Shown here: in pieces, positions 1 through 10,257 of the stretch
Numbering within the stretch: position 1 is the stretch's first letter
Layout of the letters: each line of letters opens with the position of its first letter
DNA from: Synechococcus sp. WH 7803
GTDB lineage: Bacteria > Cyanobacteriota > Cyanobacteriia > PCC-6307 > Cyanobiaceae
Assembly: GCA_000063505.1 (NCBI GenBank)
Contig: CT971583.1
Span: 689,918 to 713,917 of the forward strand
Direction: 5' to 3'
Length of the DNA stretch: 24,000 nt
Made by a program: the position numbers and the translations under genes
Notes under the pieces: generated by a model
What the model saw: the letters and a program-made list of their open reading frames with translations, nothing else
Told to the model about the DNA's origin: nothing
Database searches by the model: none

Positions 1-108
1 GACGATTACGAACGGGGACTGCGCTGTCGGTTGCAGCTTCAAGAGGGGGTGACCGTGCTGCTGCACCCGCAACGCAAGGTTCTCAGAAGCCTTTCCAATC
101 GTCTTTGA
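1..108 (+). CDS. Possible 3' end of an upstream CDS entering from the window edge (product unknown)
   Basis: Frame 1 is open from base 1 to TGA at 106-108 (...[35 protein letters not shown]). Third positions are GC-biased, unlike the other open frames here. No recognisable motif. It would overlap the gloB 3' end by 26 nt. Confidence 0.2.
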   Translation, partial: DDYERGLRCRLQLQEGVTVLLHPQRKVLRSLSNRL

Positions 109-850
109 GCTGGCGTAATCGACCGAGTTCAGCCGCAGATTGTGCGCGAAGAAAGAGGTTCGACCGATGCTCCTCCGCAAGCGTGCTCGGAATCGTGAGT
201 TTGTGTTGCGTTCTCAGCGCAATGACGTCTTCGAGTCGTGCCTTGATCGCTCGGTCTTCAGGTTGCAGTGCATGGGCCCAGCGGAGATTGCCCTCGGTGT
301 ACTCGTGGGCGCAGTAAATGCGCGTGGACTCAGGCAGGGTGGCGAGTGTCTGCAAGGCCCGATGCATGTCGTCGGGTGTGCCCTCAAACAGGCGTCCGCA
401 TCCCCCACTGAACAGGGTGTCGCCGCAGAAGAGCGCAGGGGGGTGTCCGCCTGGCGAACAGCCCTCAGGAAGGAAAAAGGCGAGATGAGCACTGGTGTGC
501 GCACGCACGTCGATGACGTCTACAGGCACACCAAGCAGAGTGAAGCGTGTGCCGGCAGCCACCGGTTGGGTCTGGAAAGGGATCCTGCCTCGATCCTGTC
601 CTGAGGCGATCACCGCGGCGTCGGGCCATTGACGAAGAAGGTCGGGCGTGCCGCCGATGTGATCGGCGTGATGGTGGGTTTGGAGCACTGCGATCAGTGT
701 CAGTCCCTTCTGCTGAAGTGCCTCGATCACTGGCTCGGCAACAGCGGGATCCACCACCACCGCTTCGGATCCACAAGACCAAATCCAGATGATGTTGTCC
801 TGCAGGACAGGCAAAGGCGCGATCGCTCCCCTCTCCAGCGTCAGGCTCAT
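83..850 (-). CDS. gloB: Hydroxyacylglutathione hydrolase (glyoxalase II), metallo-beta-lactamase fold
   Basis: 255-aa ORF with the metal-binding THHHADH motif, a downstream CGDTLF..GCGR segment and a C-terminal HEYT, the pattern typical of GloB. Confidence 0.9.
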   Translation of the reverse strand: MSLTLERGAIAPLPVLQDNIIWIWSCGSEAVVVDPAVAEPVIEALQQKGLTLIAVLQTHHHADHIGGTPDLLRQWPDAAVIASGQDRGRIPFQTQPVAAGTRFTLLGVPVDVIDVRAHTSAHLAFFLPEGCSPGGHPPALFCGDTLFSGGCGRLFEGTPDDMHRALQTLATLPESTRIYCAHEYTEGNLRWAHALQPEDRAIKARLEDVIALRTQHKLTIPSTLAEEHRSNLFLRAQSAAELGRLRQLKDDWKGF

Positions 851-879
851 CGTTAAAGTCCAATGGATTGCTCACGTCC

Positions 880-1533
880 ATGATCACCGTTGCACTGGCC
901 AAGGGCGCGCTGTTGCGGGAATCCGTTGAGCGCTTCCAAGCAGCCGGTCTGGATTTTTCAGCGGTGCTTGATCCGGATAATCGTCAATTGATGGTTCCCT
1001 CCACCTGCGGACGGGCCCGGGCTCTGCTCGTGCGTAATGGAGATGTGCCTGTGTACGTGGCTTACGGACAAGCCCAGCTTGGAATCGTCGGCTACGACGT
1101 GCTGCGTGAACATCAAATGCCCGTGGCCCATCTCGTGGATCTGGGTTTCGGAGGTTGCAGGATGTCTGTGGCTGTGAAGAACACCAGCGGTTACACCAGA
1201 GCCACTGATCTCCCTCCGCACTGCAGGGTGGCCAGCAAGTTCACCCGTTGTGCACGTCAGTATTTCGATTCCATCGATCTTCCTGTGGAACTGGTGCATC
1301 TCACAGGTTCTGTGGAGCTCGGACCGATCACGGGAATTGCTGAAGCCATTGTCGACCTCGTGGCCACCGGTCGCACCCTGCGTGACAACGGTTTGGTGGC
1401 CATCGAGGATCTTTTTCACACGACAGCTCGCCTTGTCGGCCATCCGCTTGCTCTGCGACTCGATCAAGGCGAGCTTCAAAGCATCATCGATGTGATGCAG
1501 CGCTCGCCGCATGATGCGGTGGGTGTGAACTGA
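880..1533 (+). CDS. hisG: ATP phosphoribosyltransferase, short (HisZ-dependent) form
   Basis: [12 protein letters not shown]... N-terminus and about 217 aa length are typical of short HisG. The ORF track opens at TTG 868; I prefer ATG 880 because it gives the canonical MITVALAKG start. Confidence 0.88.
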   Translation: MITVALAKGALLRESVERFQAAGLDFSAVLDPDNRQLMVPSTCGRARALLVRNGDVPVYVAYGQAQLGIVGYDVLREHQMPVAHLVDLGFGGCRMSVAVKNTSGYTRATDLPPHCRVASKFTRCARQYFDSIDLPVELVHLTGSVELGPITGIAEAIVDLVATGRTLRDNGLVAIEDLFHTTARLVGHPLALRLDQGELQSIIDVMQRSPHDAVGVN

Positions 1534-3362
1534 TGGCTGGATCAGATCTGCAGCGAATCCGCCGTTTGGGGCGTTATTTGGGTCGTGATCGTCGCCGCCT
1601 TCTGCTGACGCTGACGTTATTGGTTCCCTTGGCATTGGCTGGAGCGATCCAGCCTCTCCTGGTGGGTCAGGCCATTTCAGTTCTGCGCAGTGTGGCCGGA
1701 GCCACGAATGAGTCGGTTCTTCCTGCTCTTCAAAGCCTCGACAGCACGATGGCCATTCGCCTGATCATCGGCACCCTGTTTTTGTCTGTTCTGCTGCGTT
1801 TAGCTCTGCAGGGATATCAATCGTTCAATATTCAAACCGTGGGGCAGCGTCTTACGGCACGGATCCGGCGTGATTTGTTTGCGCATGCCATGGATCTTTC
1901 GCTCCGGTTCCATGACCGCATGCCCGTGGGCAAGCTTCTCACCAGGCTGACCAGTGATGTGGACGCTCTGGCTGAAGTGTTCGGCAGTGGAGCTGTGGGT
2001 GTGCTCGGCGATCTGGTGTCCCTCACGGTGATTGCCATCTCCATGCTGCTGATTGAGTGGCGCCTCGGCTTGCTTCTGCTCGTGACGCAAGTTCCGGTCA
2101 CTTTGTTCATCCTCTGGCTGCAGCGTCGCTATCGGAAGGCGAATTACAGGGTTCGAGAAGAGCTCTCCCAGCTCAATGCTGACTTCCAGGAAAATCTTCA
2201 GGGATTGGAAGTGGTTCAGATGTACAGGCGGGAAGCCTTTAACGGTGTCCGGTTTGAGACCACTGGTCTGGCTTACCGAAGGGCCGTGAATGGAACGATC
2301 TTCTACGACAGCAGCATTTCCGCCTTTCTGGAATGGGTGTCGCTCGGTGCCGTCGCGATCGTTCTGGCACTGGGTGGATGGATGGTGACAGCAGGAGCGA
2401 TGGGATTAGGCACGCTCACCACATTCATCCTCTATTCACAACGTTTGTTTGATCCTCTTCGCCAGATGGCGGAACGCTTCACGCAGATCCAGGGTGGGCT
2501 GACGGCGGTGGAGCGCATTGGTGAGTTGCTCGAGGAGCCCCTCGAGATCCAGACGCAACCCATGACCACCGCTGGCACGCAGCCCTCCACCCCCACCCAA
2601 CCCCTTCAACTCATCCGGGCGCCTCGGGGGGAAGTGGTGTTCGAAAACGTGCATTTCGCCTATCGCCCTGACGAGCCGATCATCGAGGACCTCAGTTTCC
2701 GCATTGCACCGGGCGAGCATGTGGCGTTGGTCGGTCCGACCGGTTCCGGGAAGACCACCGTGATCCGGTTGCTCTGCCGCCTGTACGAGCCCCAACAGGG
2801 GAGAATCCTTCTCGATGGTCAAGACATCCGCACCTTGTCGCTGTCTGAGTTGCGCCATCAGCTCGGTGTGGTTCTTCAAGACACATTTCTCTTCAGCGGC
2901 AGCATCGCCGACAATCTGCGCCTCGATCAGGTCATCAACGAGCAGAAGCTGGAAGAGATCTGCAGGGATCTCGGTCTCGGTGGCCTCCTTCAGCGTCTGC
3001 CGGAGGGACTCGACACTGAACTGCGGGAACGGGGAGGAAATCTCAGTTCGGGAGAGAGGCAGCTGTTGGCTGTGGCCCGGGTGGCCATTCGCAATCCAAC
3101 CGTGTTGGTGATGGATGAAGCCACTGCGTTCCTCGACCCTTCCACGGAAGCCACGTTGCAACGGGATCTGGATCGGCTGCTGGAACGACGCACAGCTGTG
3201 GTGATTGCGCACCGTTTGGCCACCGTGGAGGCCGCCGATCGAATTCTGGTGCTGCGTCGTGGTCGCCTGGTGGAGCAGGGAAGCCATCTCCAGCTTCGGG
3301 CTCAGGGTGGCTTGTACGCCGAACTGGCTGAACTTCAGGAGCGTGGTTTGGCCAGGCTCTGA
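1533..3362 (+). CDS. ABC exporter, fused transmembrane and ATPase domains (MsbA/MdlB-like)
   Basis: 609 aa with an N-terminal six-helix-type TMD. The NBD has Walker A GPTGSGKTT, signature LSSGERQ, Walker B VLVMDEAT and H-loop AHRL. The ATG overlaps the hisG stop (TGATG). Confidence 0.9.
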   Translation: MAGSDLQRIRRLGRYLGRDRRRLLLTLTLLVPLALAGAIQPLLVGQAISVLRSVAGATNESVLPALQSLDSTMAIRLIIGTLFLSVLLRLALQGYQSFNIQTVGQRLTARIRRDLFAHAMDLSLRFHDRMPVGKLLTRLTSDVDALAEVFGSGAVGVLGDLVSLTVIAISMLLIEWRLGLLLLVTQVPVTLFILWLQRRYRKANYRVREELSQLNADFQENLQGLEVVQMYRREAFNGVRFETTGLAYRRAVNGTIFYDSSISAFLEWVSLGAVAIVLALGGWMVTAGAMGLGTLTTFILYSQRLFDPLRQMAERFTQIQGGLTAVERIGELLEEPLEIQTQPMTTAGTQPSTPTQPLQLIRAPRGEVVFENVHFAYRPDEPIIEDLSFRIAPGEHVALVGPTGSGKTTVIRLLCRLYEPQQGRILLDGQDIRTLSLSELRHQLGVVLQDTFLFSGSIADNLRLDQVINEQKLEEICRDLGLGGLLQRLPEGLDTELRERGGNLSSGERQLLAVARVAIRNPTVLVMDEATAFLDPSTEATLQRDLDRLLERRTAVVIAHRLATVEAADRILVLRRGRLVEQGSHLQLRAQGGLYAELAELQERGLARL

Positions 3363-4090
3363 GCAATCAGCCAAGTTTCAATCTCGTTGCACAACATGTC
3401 TGGTTGCTCCTGCATCGGCAGATGCCCGCAGTTGGCAATTTCTCGGTACTCGTGAGCAGGGCTGTATCCGGCCAGGTGGCGGACATACCCAGGTTCCATG
3501 ACCTTGTCGCGCTCCCCACTGATCCAGAGGCTGTTTACGGATAGCTGCGTCACCATCTCCGGCAGCTGGCGTACAGCGGCTCTGCTGGTGCTGTTCACAA
3601 GCAGGCCACGGGCCGCACGACCCTCGGCACGCACCGGACCCAAGTGTCCGAGAGGGGGAGGAAGCCTTTGCAGGACCTCCGGTCGCAGCTCAACCACGCG
3701 CCGGCCGATCGCGCGCAGTTGCCGGAACGGTTTGGGCTGATAAATGCCTCCTCCGGCTGCCACACAAACCAGACCTTGCAAGCCTGGGGTGGCATTCCCG
3801 CGCAGTTCCGCTTCCGCGTGCAGCACAACGCTTCCTCCGAGGGAATGACCCATGAGGATGAAGGGCCGACCTCCTGCTCGCTCCTGTGCCTGTGCAGCCA
3901 ACCAGCGTCCGTAGGCAGCCAGAGTTGGCAGAAGAGCCTTAGGGCGGCTCCGCTCTCCGAAGCCCGGCAGGTCAGGGCACCACAAGCGGACAGGGATTCC
4001 CCTCTGTTCCCACCTCTGCACAAAGGGTTCCCAAACCCGTCGGCTCAGCATCCAGCCATGCACGGCGATCAGGAGGGGAGCGTCGTTCAT
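3335..4090 (-). CDS. Alpha/beta-fold hydrolase
   Basis: HGW oxyanion region, nucleophile elbow GHSLGG and C-terminal catalytic-His region NCGHLP. I chose the start at ATG 4090 (MNDAPLLIAVHGW) because the 57 codons further upstream carry no motif I recognise and overlap the GNAT start. Confidence 0.8.
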   Translation of the reverse strand: MNDAPLLIAVHGWMLSRRVWEPFVQRWEQRGIPVRLWCPDLPGFGERSRPKALLPTLAAYGRWLAAQAQERAGGRPFILMGHSLGGSVVLHAEAELRGNATPGLQGLVCVAAGGGIYQPKPFRQLRAIGRRVVELRPEVLQRLPPPLGHLGPVRAEGRAARGLLVNSTSRAAVRQLPEMVTQLSVNSLWISGERDKVMEPGYVRHLAGYSPAHEYREIANCGHLPMQEQPDMLCNEIETWLIAQSLAKPRS

Positions 4091-4169
4091 CACAGCATCA
4101 GAGGCCCGACCAGCCTGCCGTGTTCTCGGCCTATGGTGCGACAAGATCACTCCAACGAAGCACTGGCAG

Positions 4170-4673
4170 GTGATCAGCGGTTCCTCCCTCACACCAGAAC
4201 TCCTGCAGGCCATGTATGGCGAGCAGGCCAAGCTGTGCACGTCCCCCAACGAGCAGCTCACCCTGGTGTTCAGTCAGCACCGGGCTTTCGATTTGGTGGA
4301 GCTGGAACAGCTGCTGGAGGCGGTGGGTTGGAGCCGTCGCCCGGTGCGCAGAGTTCGCAAGGCCCTGGATCACAGCCTTCTGCGGGTTGGTCTTTGGCGG
4401 CATGACGCGCGCATCCCCCGGTTGGTTGGTTTTGCGCGCTGCACCGGCGATGGGGTGCTCGAGGCCACGATCTGGGATGTGGCCGTGCATCCCCTCTATC
4501 AGGGGGCAGGTCTCGGCAAGCAACTCATGGATTACATCCTTGATTGTTTGCGCGCTTTAGGGACTGAGCGCGCCACTTTGTTCGCTGATCCCGGGGTTTT
4601 GCCGTTTTACCAACGGCTGGGGTGGGACCTGGAGCCCGGCGGCCATCGTTGCGGCTTCTGGTACGCCAACTAA
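4170..4673 (+). CDS. GNAT-family N-acetyltransferase
   Basis: Acetyl-CoA binding segment VAVHPLYQGAGLGKQLM (Q/R-x-x-G-x-G/A) and about 165 aa length. The start is GTG 4170; ATG 4212 is an alternative. Confidence 0.78.
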   Translation: MISGSSLTPELLQAMYGEQAKLCTSPNEQLTLVFSQHRAFDLVELEQLLEAVGWSRRPVRRVRKALDHSLLRVGLWRHDARIPRLVGFARCTGDGVLEATIWDVAVHPLYQGAGLGKQLMDYILDCLRALGTERATLFADPGVLPFYQRLGWDLEPGGHRCGFWYAN

Positions 4674-5371
4674 GACGCGTAGTACTCGCGGGCCAGTGTT
4701 TCCAGGGCCACACCCTGCTTCCATCGGCGCTTGAGCTTGAAGTTCTGCAAGCTGCGCTGAAGCACACCGCAACGGTCCCAGCGACGCCCGTCGGTGGTCA
4801 AAGGGAGTCTCAGAGGGCGAAGGGTGCTGACGGCACTCAGTCGTTCCACAAGGTCGAGGTCTTCCATCAACGGGACAGGCGCGAATCCCCCGCAGCTCTC
4901 ATAAAGAGTCTGGTGAATGAGAAGTCCCTGGTCTCCGTAAGGCCTTTGCAGCCATCGGCTGCGCAGGGCGACCGCCTGGGCCAGCAAATGCCGCATCGGG
5001 GTTCCAGGGTGGATGTGGAGATCGAAATACCAGGCGGATGCTGCTGCCTGCGGTGCGAGAAGAATCGAGCGGATGCGTTCGGCCCAGGTCTTCGGCAGCC
5101 GACTGTCGGCATGGAGAAACAGCAACCAGCGTCCGGACGCCCGCCGGGCGCCTGCCGCAAGCTGACGCCCTCGACCGGCAGGCTCAACGGTGATCACATG
5201 GGCTCCGCTAAGCCTGGCGATGACTGGGCTGCCATCGATGCTGCCCCCATCGGCGATCACCAGTTCGTGATCGTGGCTTCCGAGCTGAAGATCTGCCAGC
5301 AACAACGGCAATCGCTCACTCTCATTCAGGCAAGGAATCACCACACTCAGCGATGGGATCGCCAAGGTCAT
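4670..5371 (-). CDS. Family-2 glycosyltransferase (small, TIGR04283-like by recollection)
   Basis: SVVIPCLNE ... DGGSIDGS ... FLHADSRLP motifs of GT-A/GT2 enzymes. ATG 5371-5369 overlaps the stop of the upstream DUF2064 gene as ATGA. The ORF track TTG 5380 is less likely. Confidence 0.8.
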   Translation of the reverse strand: MTLAIPSLSVVIPCLNESERLPLLLADLQLGSHDHELVIADGGSIDGSPVIARLSGAHVITVEPAGRGRQLAAGARRASGRWLLFLHADSRLPKTWAERIRSILLAPQAAASAWYFDLHIHPGTPMRHLLAQAVALRSRWLQRPYGDQGLLIHQTLYESCGGFAPVPLMEDLDLVERLSAVSTLRPLRLPLTTDGRRWDRCGVLQRSLQNFKLKRRWKQGVALETLAREYYAS

Positions 5372-6009
5372 GCCAGCCAATCCTGCAGGTCGTCGACTGT
5401 ATCGATGTCATTGCGCCAACTCAGCAGCTCAGGTGTGATCCCCCGATGCCGCGCCCTTTCAACGGTCAGCCTGCAGACCGCATCCGTTCCCCAGGGGATG
5501 GAGTGAAAGGCCCAGTGAGGATCCTCCTCTGCAGCGAGCCCCAGAAGCCAGTACCCCCCATCACGGGACGGTCCCAGCACCAAGGGAGAACACGTCAGTT
5601 TGTCGATGGCGATCAGAAGGTCCTGCTGATGAAGGTCGGGCAGATCGGTACCGATCAGGATCACCGGAGAGGCGGGTCGGCTGCTCCGCGCTCTGAGCAC
5701 TTCGTGACAGAGGCGGTTGCCCAAGCCACCACGACTCTGGGCGTTGATGGACACGCCCGGTTGCGGAGCCAGCCAACGCCGACAAGCTTTTGGGCCCGCT
5801 CCGCTGACAGCGATTCGCGCCTCCAGTACCCCGCCCTGAGCAAGGCTCGCGGCCACGGCCAGCGTATGACTGATCAAACGGCTTTGAATCCTTGCGGCGG
5901 AATCATCCCCAAGGGTTTGGGCCAGTCGGCGCTTGCAGCGCCCGCTGGCAGGCCAGCGGGTCATCACGACCAGCGTGGGCAGGCCAGCGGCATCAACCTC
6001 AAGGCTCAT
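5368..6009 (-). CDS. DUF2064-type (MobA/CofC-like nucleotidyltransferase fold) protein
   Basis: VVMTRWPASGRCKRRL, IGTDLPDL, DGGYWLLG and IPWGTD segments match what I remember of the DUF2064 pattern. The ATG overlaps the htrA stop as ATGA. Confidence 0.72.
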   Translation of the reverse strand: MSLEVDAAGLPTLVVMTRWPASGRCKRRLAQTLGDDSAARIQSRLISHTLAVAASLAQGGVLEARIAVSGAGPKACRRWLAPQPGVSINAQSRGGLGNRLCHEVLRARSSRPASPVILIGTDLPDLHQQDLLIAIDKLTCSPLVLGPSRDGGYWLLGLAAEEDPHWAFHSIPWGTDAVCRLTVERARHRGITPELLSWRNDIDTVDDLQDWLA

Positions 6010-7160
6010 TGCTGTCGAGGGAGTTCTTCGGGGGTGACGTTGAGCGTGAGGCGTTCGCCGTCTCTCTCCACCACGATTGGCATCGCCTCCCCGACGCGAC
6101 CACGGTCGACAGCCAGCTGCACCTGTGATGGGTCCTTTACCTCAGTGCCGTTCACGTCGCGGATCAGATCGCAGGGCTTGATTCCCGCTTCCGCTGCGGG
6201 GCTGTTCTCCACAACTTCGATCACAAGCACGCCGTTGAGTTCAGGCACCTTGCACAGATCGATGGTGGCATTGATCTCTTTGGCAAGCTGAGGCGTGAGG
6301 CTTTGCAGCCTCACGCCGATAAAGGGATGGGACGCCTGCCCCGTGCTGATGATCTGCTGAGCGATCCTTTTGGCGAGATTGATCGGAATCGCGAAGCTCA
6401 ATCCAGCACCTGGTGCCTGCCGGATGGCCGTGTTGATGCCGATCACCTGGCCTGAGGCATTGATCAGCGGACCACCGCTGTTGCCGGGATTCACGGCTGC
6501 ATCGGTCTGGATGTAAGGGACCCGCTGTCCCTCACCCACTGCATTGGTGCGGTCCACCGCACTGATGATTCCTGCCGTCACCGTGTTGTTCAGTCCGAGG
6601 GGGTTGCCAATGGCAATTGCCCACTCTCCGGGCTTGAGGTCGTTGGAATTGCCCAATGGCGCCACGGGGAGTTTGTCGGCCACAACGCGCACCACTGCAA
6701 CATCCGTCAGCGGATCTCCGCCGAGAACCCGCCCACTGAAACTGCGGCCATCGGGAAGGGTGACCGACACCTGATCAGCACCTTCCACCACGTGGGCGTT
6801 GGTGAAGATCAATCCGTCTGAGCGGGTGATGAAGCCGGATCCCTGCCCCGCCTGCTTCTGGATCGGTGCCCGGCCCCCGAACAGATTCCCAAGCGGGCTG
6901 GCGACCCGTTTGAGGGTGTCGATGCGGACCACAGCGGGGCCCACACGGTCCACCGCTTCCACGATCACGTTGTCTCCGGGTTTCAGCGGTGCTGAACGCG
7001 GCCCGTCACTCACCTCCGGGAGCGGTTCGGCCACAGGTTGCTTCTCAATGCCGATGCGCTGGCGCCAGGCCCCGTTGCAACTGCTGATGCCGAAGCTCAG
7101 AAGGCCAAGACTCAGCGCGGTCAGGAATGACGTGCGGGAACGCTTGATGGCGGAAGCCAT
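6006..7160 (-). CDS. HtrA/DegP-family periplasmic serine protease with C-terminal PDZ domain
   Basis: 384 aa with an N-terminal hydrophobic signal or anchor, the trypsin-like triad context TNAHVV ... GNSGGPL, and a C-terminal PDZ-like segment (GVLVIEVVENSPAAEAGIKPCDLI). Confidence 0.9.
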   Translation of the reverse strand: MASAIKRSRTSFLTALSLGLLSFGISSCNGAWRQRIGIEKQPVAEPLPEVSDGPRSAPLKPGDNVIVEAVDRVGPAVVRIDTLKRVASPLGNLFGGRAPIQKQAGQGSGFITRSDGLIFTNAHVVEGADQVSVTLPDGRSFSGRVLGGDPLTDVAVVRVVADKLPVAPLGNSNDLKPGEWAIAIGNPLGLNNTVTAGIISAVDRTNAVGEGQRVPYIQTDAAVNPGNSGGPLINASGQVIGINTAIRQAPGAGLSFAIPINLAKRIAQQIISTGQASHPFIGVRLQSLTPQLAKEINATIDLCKVPELNGVLVIEVVENSPAAEAGIKPCDLIRDVNGTEVKDPSQVQLAVDRGRVGEAMPIVVERDGERLTLNVTPEELPRQQ

Positions 7161-7162
7161 GA

Positions 7163-9294
<2,132 letters not shown>

Positions 9295-9335
9295 TCCTCC
9301 TCCTGTCGCTAAAGCAGCTTATTCGCAGGATTGGC

Positions 9336-9860
9336 TTAGTTGGCGTTGAGGATATCGAGCTGCACAACGCCCACCACTTGTGGAATCGGATTGGGCCCAA
9401 AAGGAATCGCTGCCAGCGTGAAGGTATAGAGGTCTGCTGGAGGGTTGGTTCCCGCCTTGAAGGCAACGGTCACTGTGTTGCCTGGGGAAACAGGTTCTTC
9501 GAATTGAACGTTGATGCTGCGAGCCTGATTGCTGAACTCGGCAATAGCGGGAATGGTTCGGCCCTCTCGCCGCGGCGTGCCAATGAACGCTTTCACAGGG
9601 ACAGCCCCGTACGAAAAGGCAGGCTGAACGCCCCGGATTTGTTCAAGACTGATGCCGCCAAGTCCAGCGTCGGCTCCTTGGGGAAACTCAAGAACCACGT
9701 AGTAGATCGCACGGCCCTCAAAGGCGTACCACTGGTAGTTCACCAGTCGGGCTTTGGTCGGCACTGCCACGAAGCTGGTCTGGCCATTCACCTCTAACGT
9801 TCGCGCGGGCAGCGGCGCCAGCATCAGCGAGGTCGCCAGAACGGAGGGGATCAGTCGCAT
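9336..9860 (-). CDS. Secreted DUF2808-like protein (cyanobacteria-restricted family, function unknown)
   Basis: 174 aa with an N-terminal signal-like MRLIPSVLATSLMLAPLPA. The all-beta-looking body (YYVVLEFPQ..., SINVQFEEPVSPGNTVTVAF) matches my recollection of DUF2808. Third positions are GC-biased. Confidence 0.6.
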   Translation of the reverse strand: MRLIPSVLATSLMLAPLPARTLEVNGQTSFVAVPTKARLVNYQWYAFEGRAIYYVVLEFPQGADAGLGGISLEQIRGVQPAFSYGAVPVKAFIGTPRREGRTIPAIAEFSNQARSINVQFEEPVSPGNTVTVAFKAGTNPPADLYTFTLAAIPFGPNPIPQVVGVVQLDILNAN

Positions 9861-9866
9861 CGATGA

Positions 9867-10109
9867 TCAGCGCTCGTTTCGCCTGAGATGGGGGGCGAAC
9901 AGCACTTCGGTGGGGCTGGAGCTGCCCTGCCAGTCTCCAAGTTCTCGCATGAGAGCGAGGCAGTCGTCGCGCTTTCCTTCCTTCGCGAGTTCTTTGAGTC
10001 GCTGCTTCATGTCGTCTTTGGTGACAATCATGACCAGTTCGCGGCGCTGATCAGCCTGCAGAGGAAAGTTGTCCGGTGGCTGGACCCTGCGAAAACGCTT
10101 CGAGCTCAT
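9867..10109 (-). CDS. Small charged hypothetical protein (80 aa)
   Basis: ATG-initiated ORF ending 6 nt before the DUF2808 start on the same strand, with coding-like GC3 bias. No motif recognised. Confidence 0.5.
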   Translation of the reverse strand: MSSKRFRRVQPPDNFPLQADQRRELVMIVTKDDMKQRLKELAKEGKRDDCLALMRELGDWQGSSSPTEVLFAPHLRRNER

Positions 10110-10257
10110 GGTGGCTAGGGCAGATATGAAACAACCCTGACTGGGTCTTACTCAGACCATAATCAAGCCTTTACGTGAATGCCGTATTCCGGCGCACATC
10201 CCATTGTTTGGATCGAAGCGGCCGCCTCATCAGAATGATTGAGTTCAGGGTGGGCTG

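Noticed and set aside
819-826. HIP1-type palindrome GCGATCGC (also at 12975-12982)
   Set aside because: I noticed only two copies in 24 kb, both inside coding regions, so there is no enrichment or functional context.
2560-2625. Pro/Thr/Gln-rich segment (QTQPMTTAGTQPSTPTQPLQ) in the ABC exporter, considered as an insertion or fusion scar
   Set aside because: It lies exactly at the TMD-NBD linker, where length and composition are variable, and the frame is continuous. This is ordinary domain-linker variation.
2436-3374. 312-aa minus-strand ORF inside the ABC exporter. The same reasoning applies to 958-1635(-), 3644-4405(+), 4622-5506(+), 5353-6291(+), 10435-11016(-), 16307-17014(-) and 17173-18057(+)
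   Set aside because: All lie opposite or out of frame to genes with strong motif support. Their translations are Arg/Pro/Gly/His-rich and motif-free.
4091-4261. 57-codon N-terminal extension of the alpha/beta hydrolase ORF
   Set aside because: The extension (MSCSLGDVHSLACS...) carries no hydrolase motif that I recognise, is Cys/Arg-rich, and would overlap the divergent GNAT start. ATG 4090 immediately precedes the usual LLIAVHGW strand.
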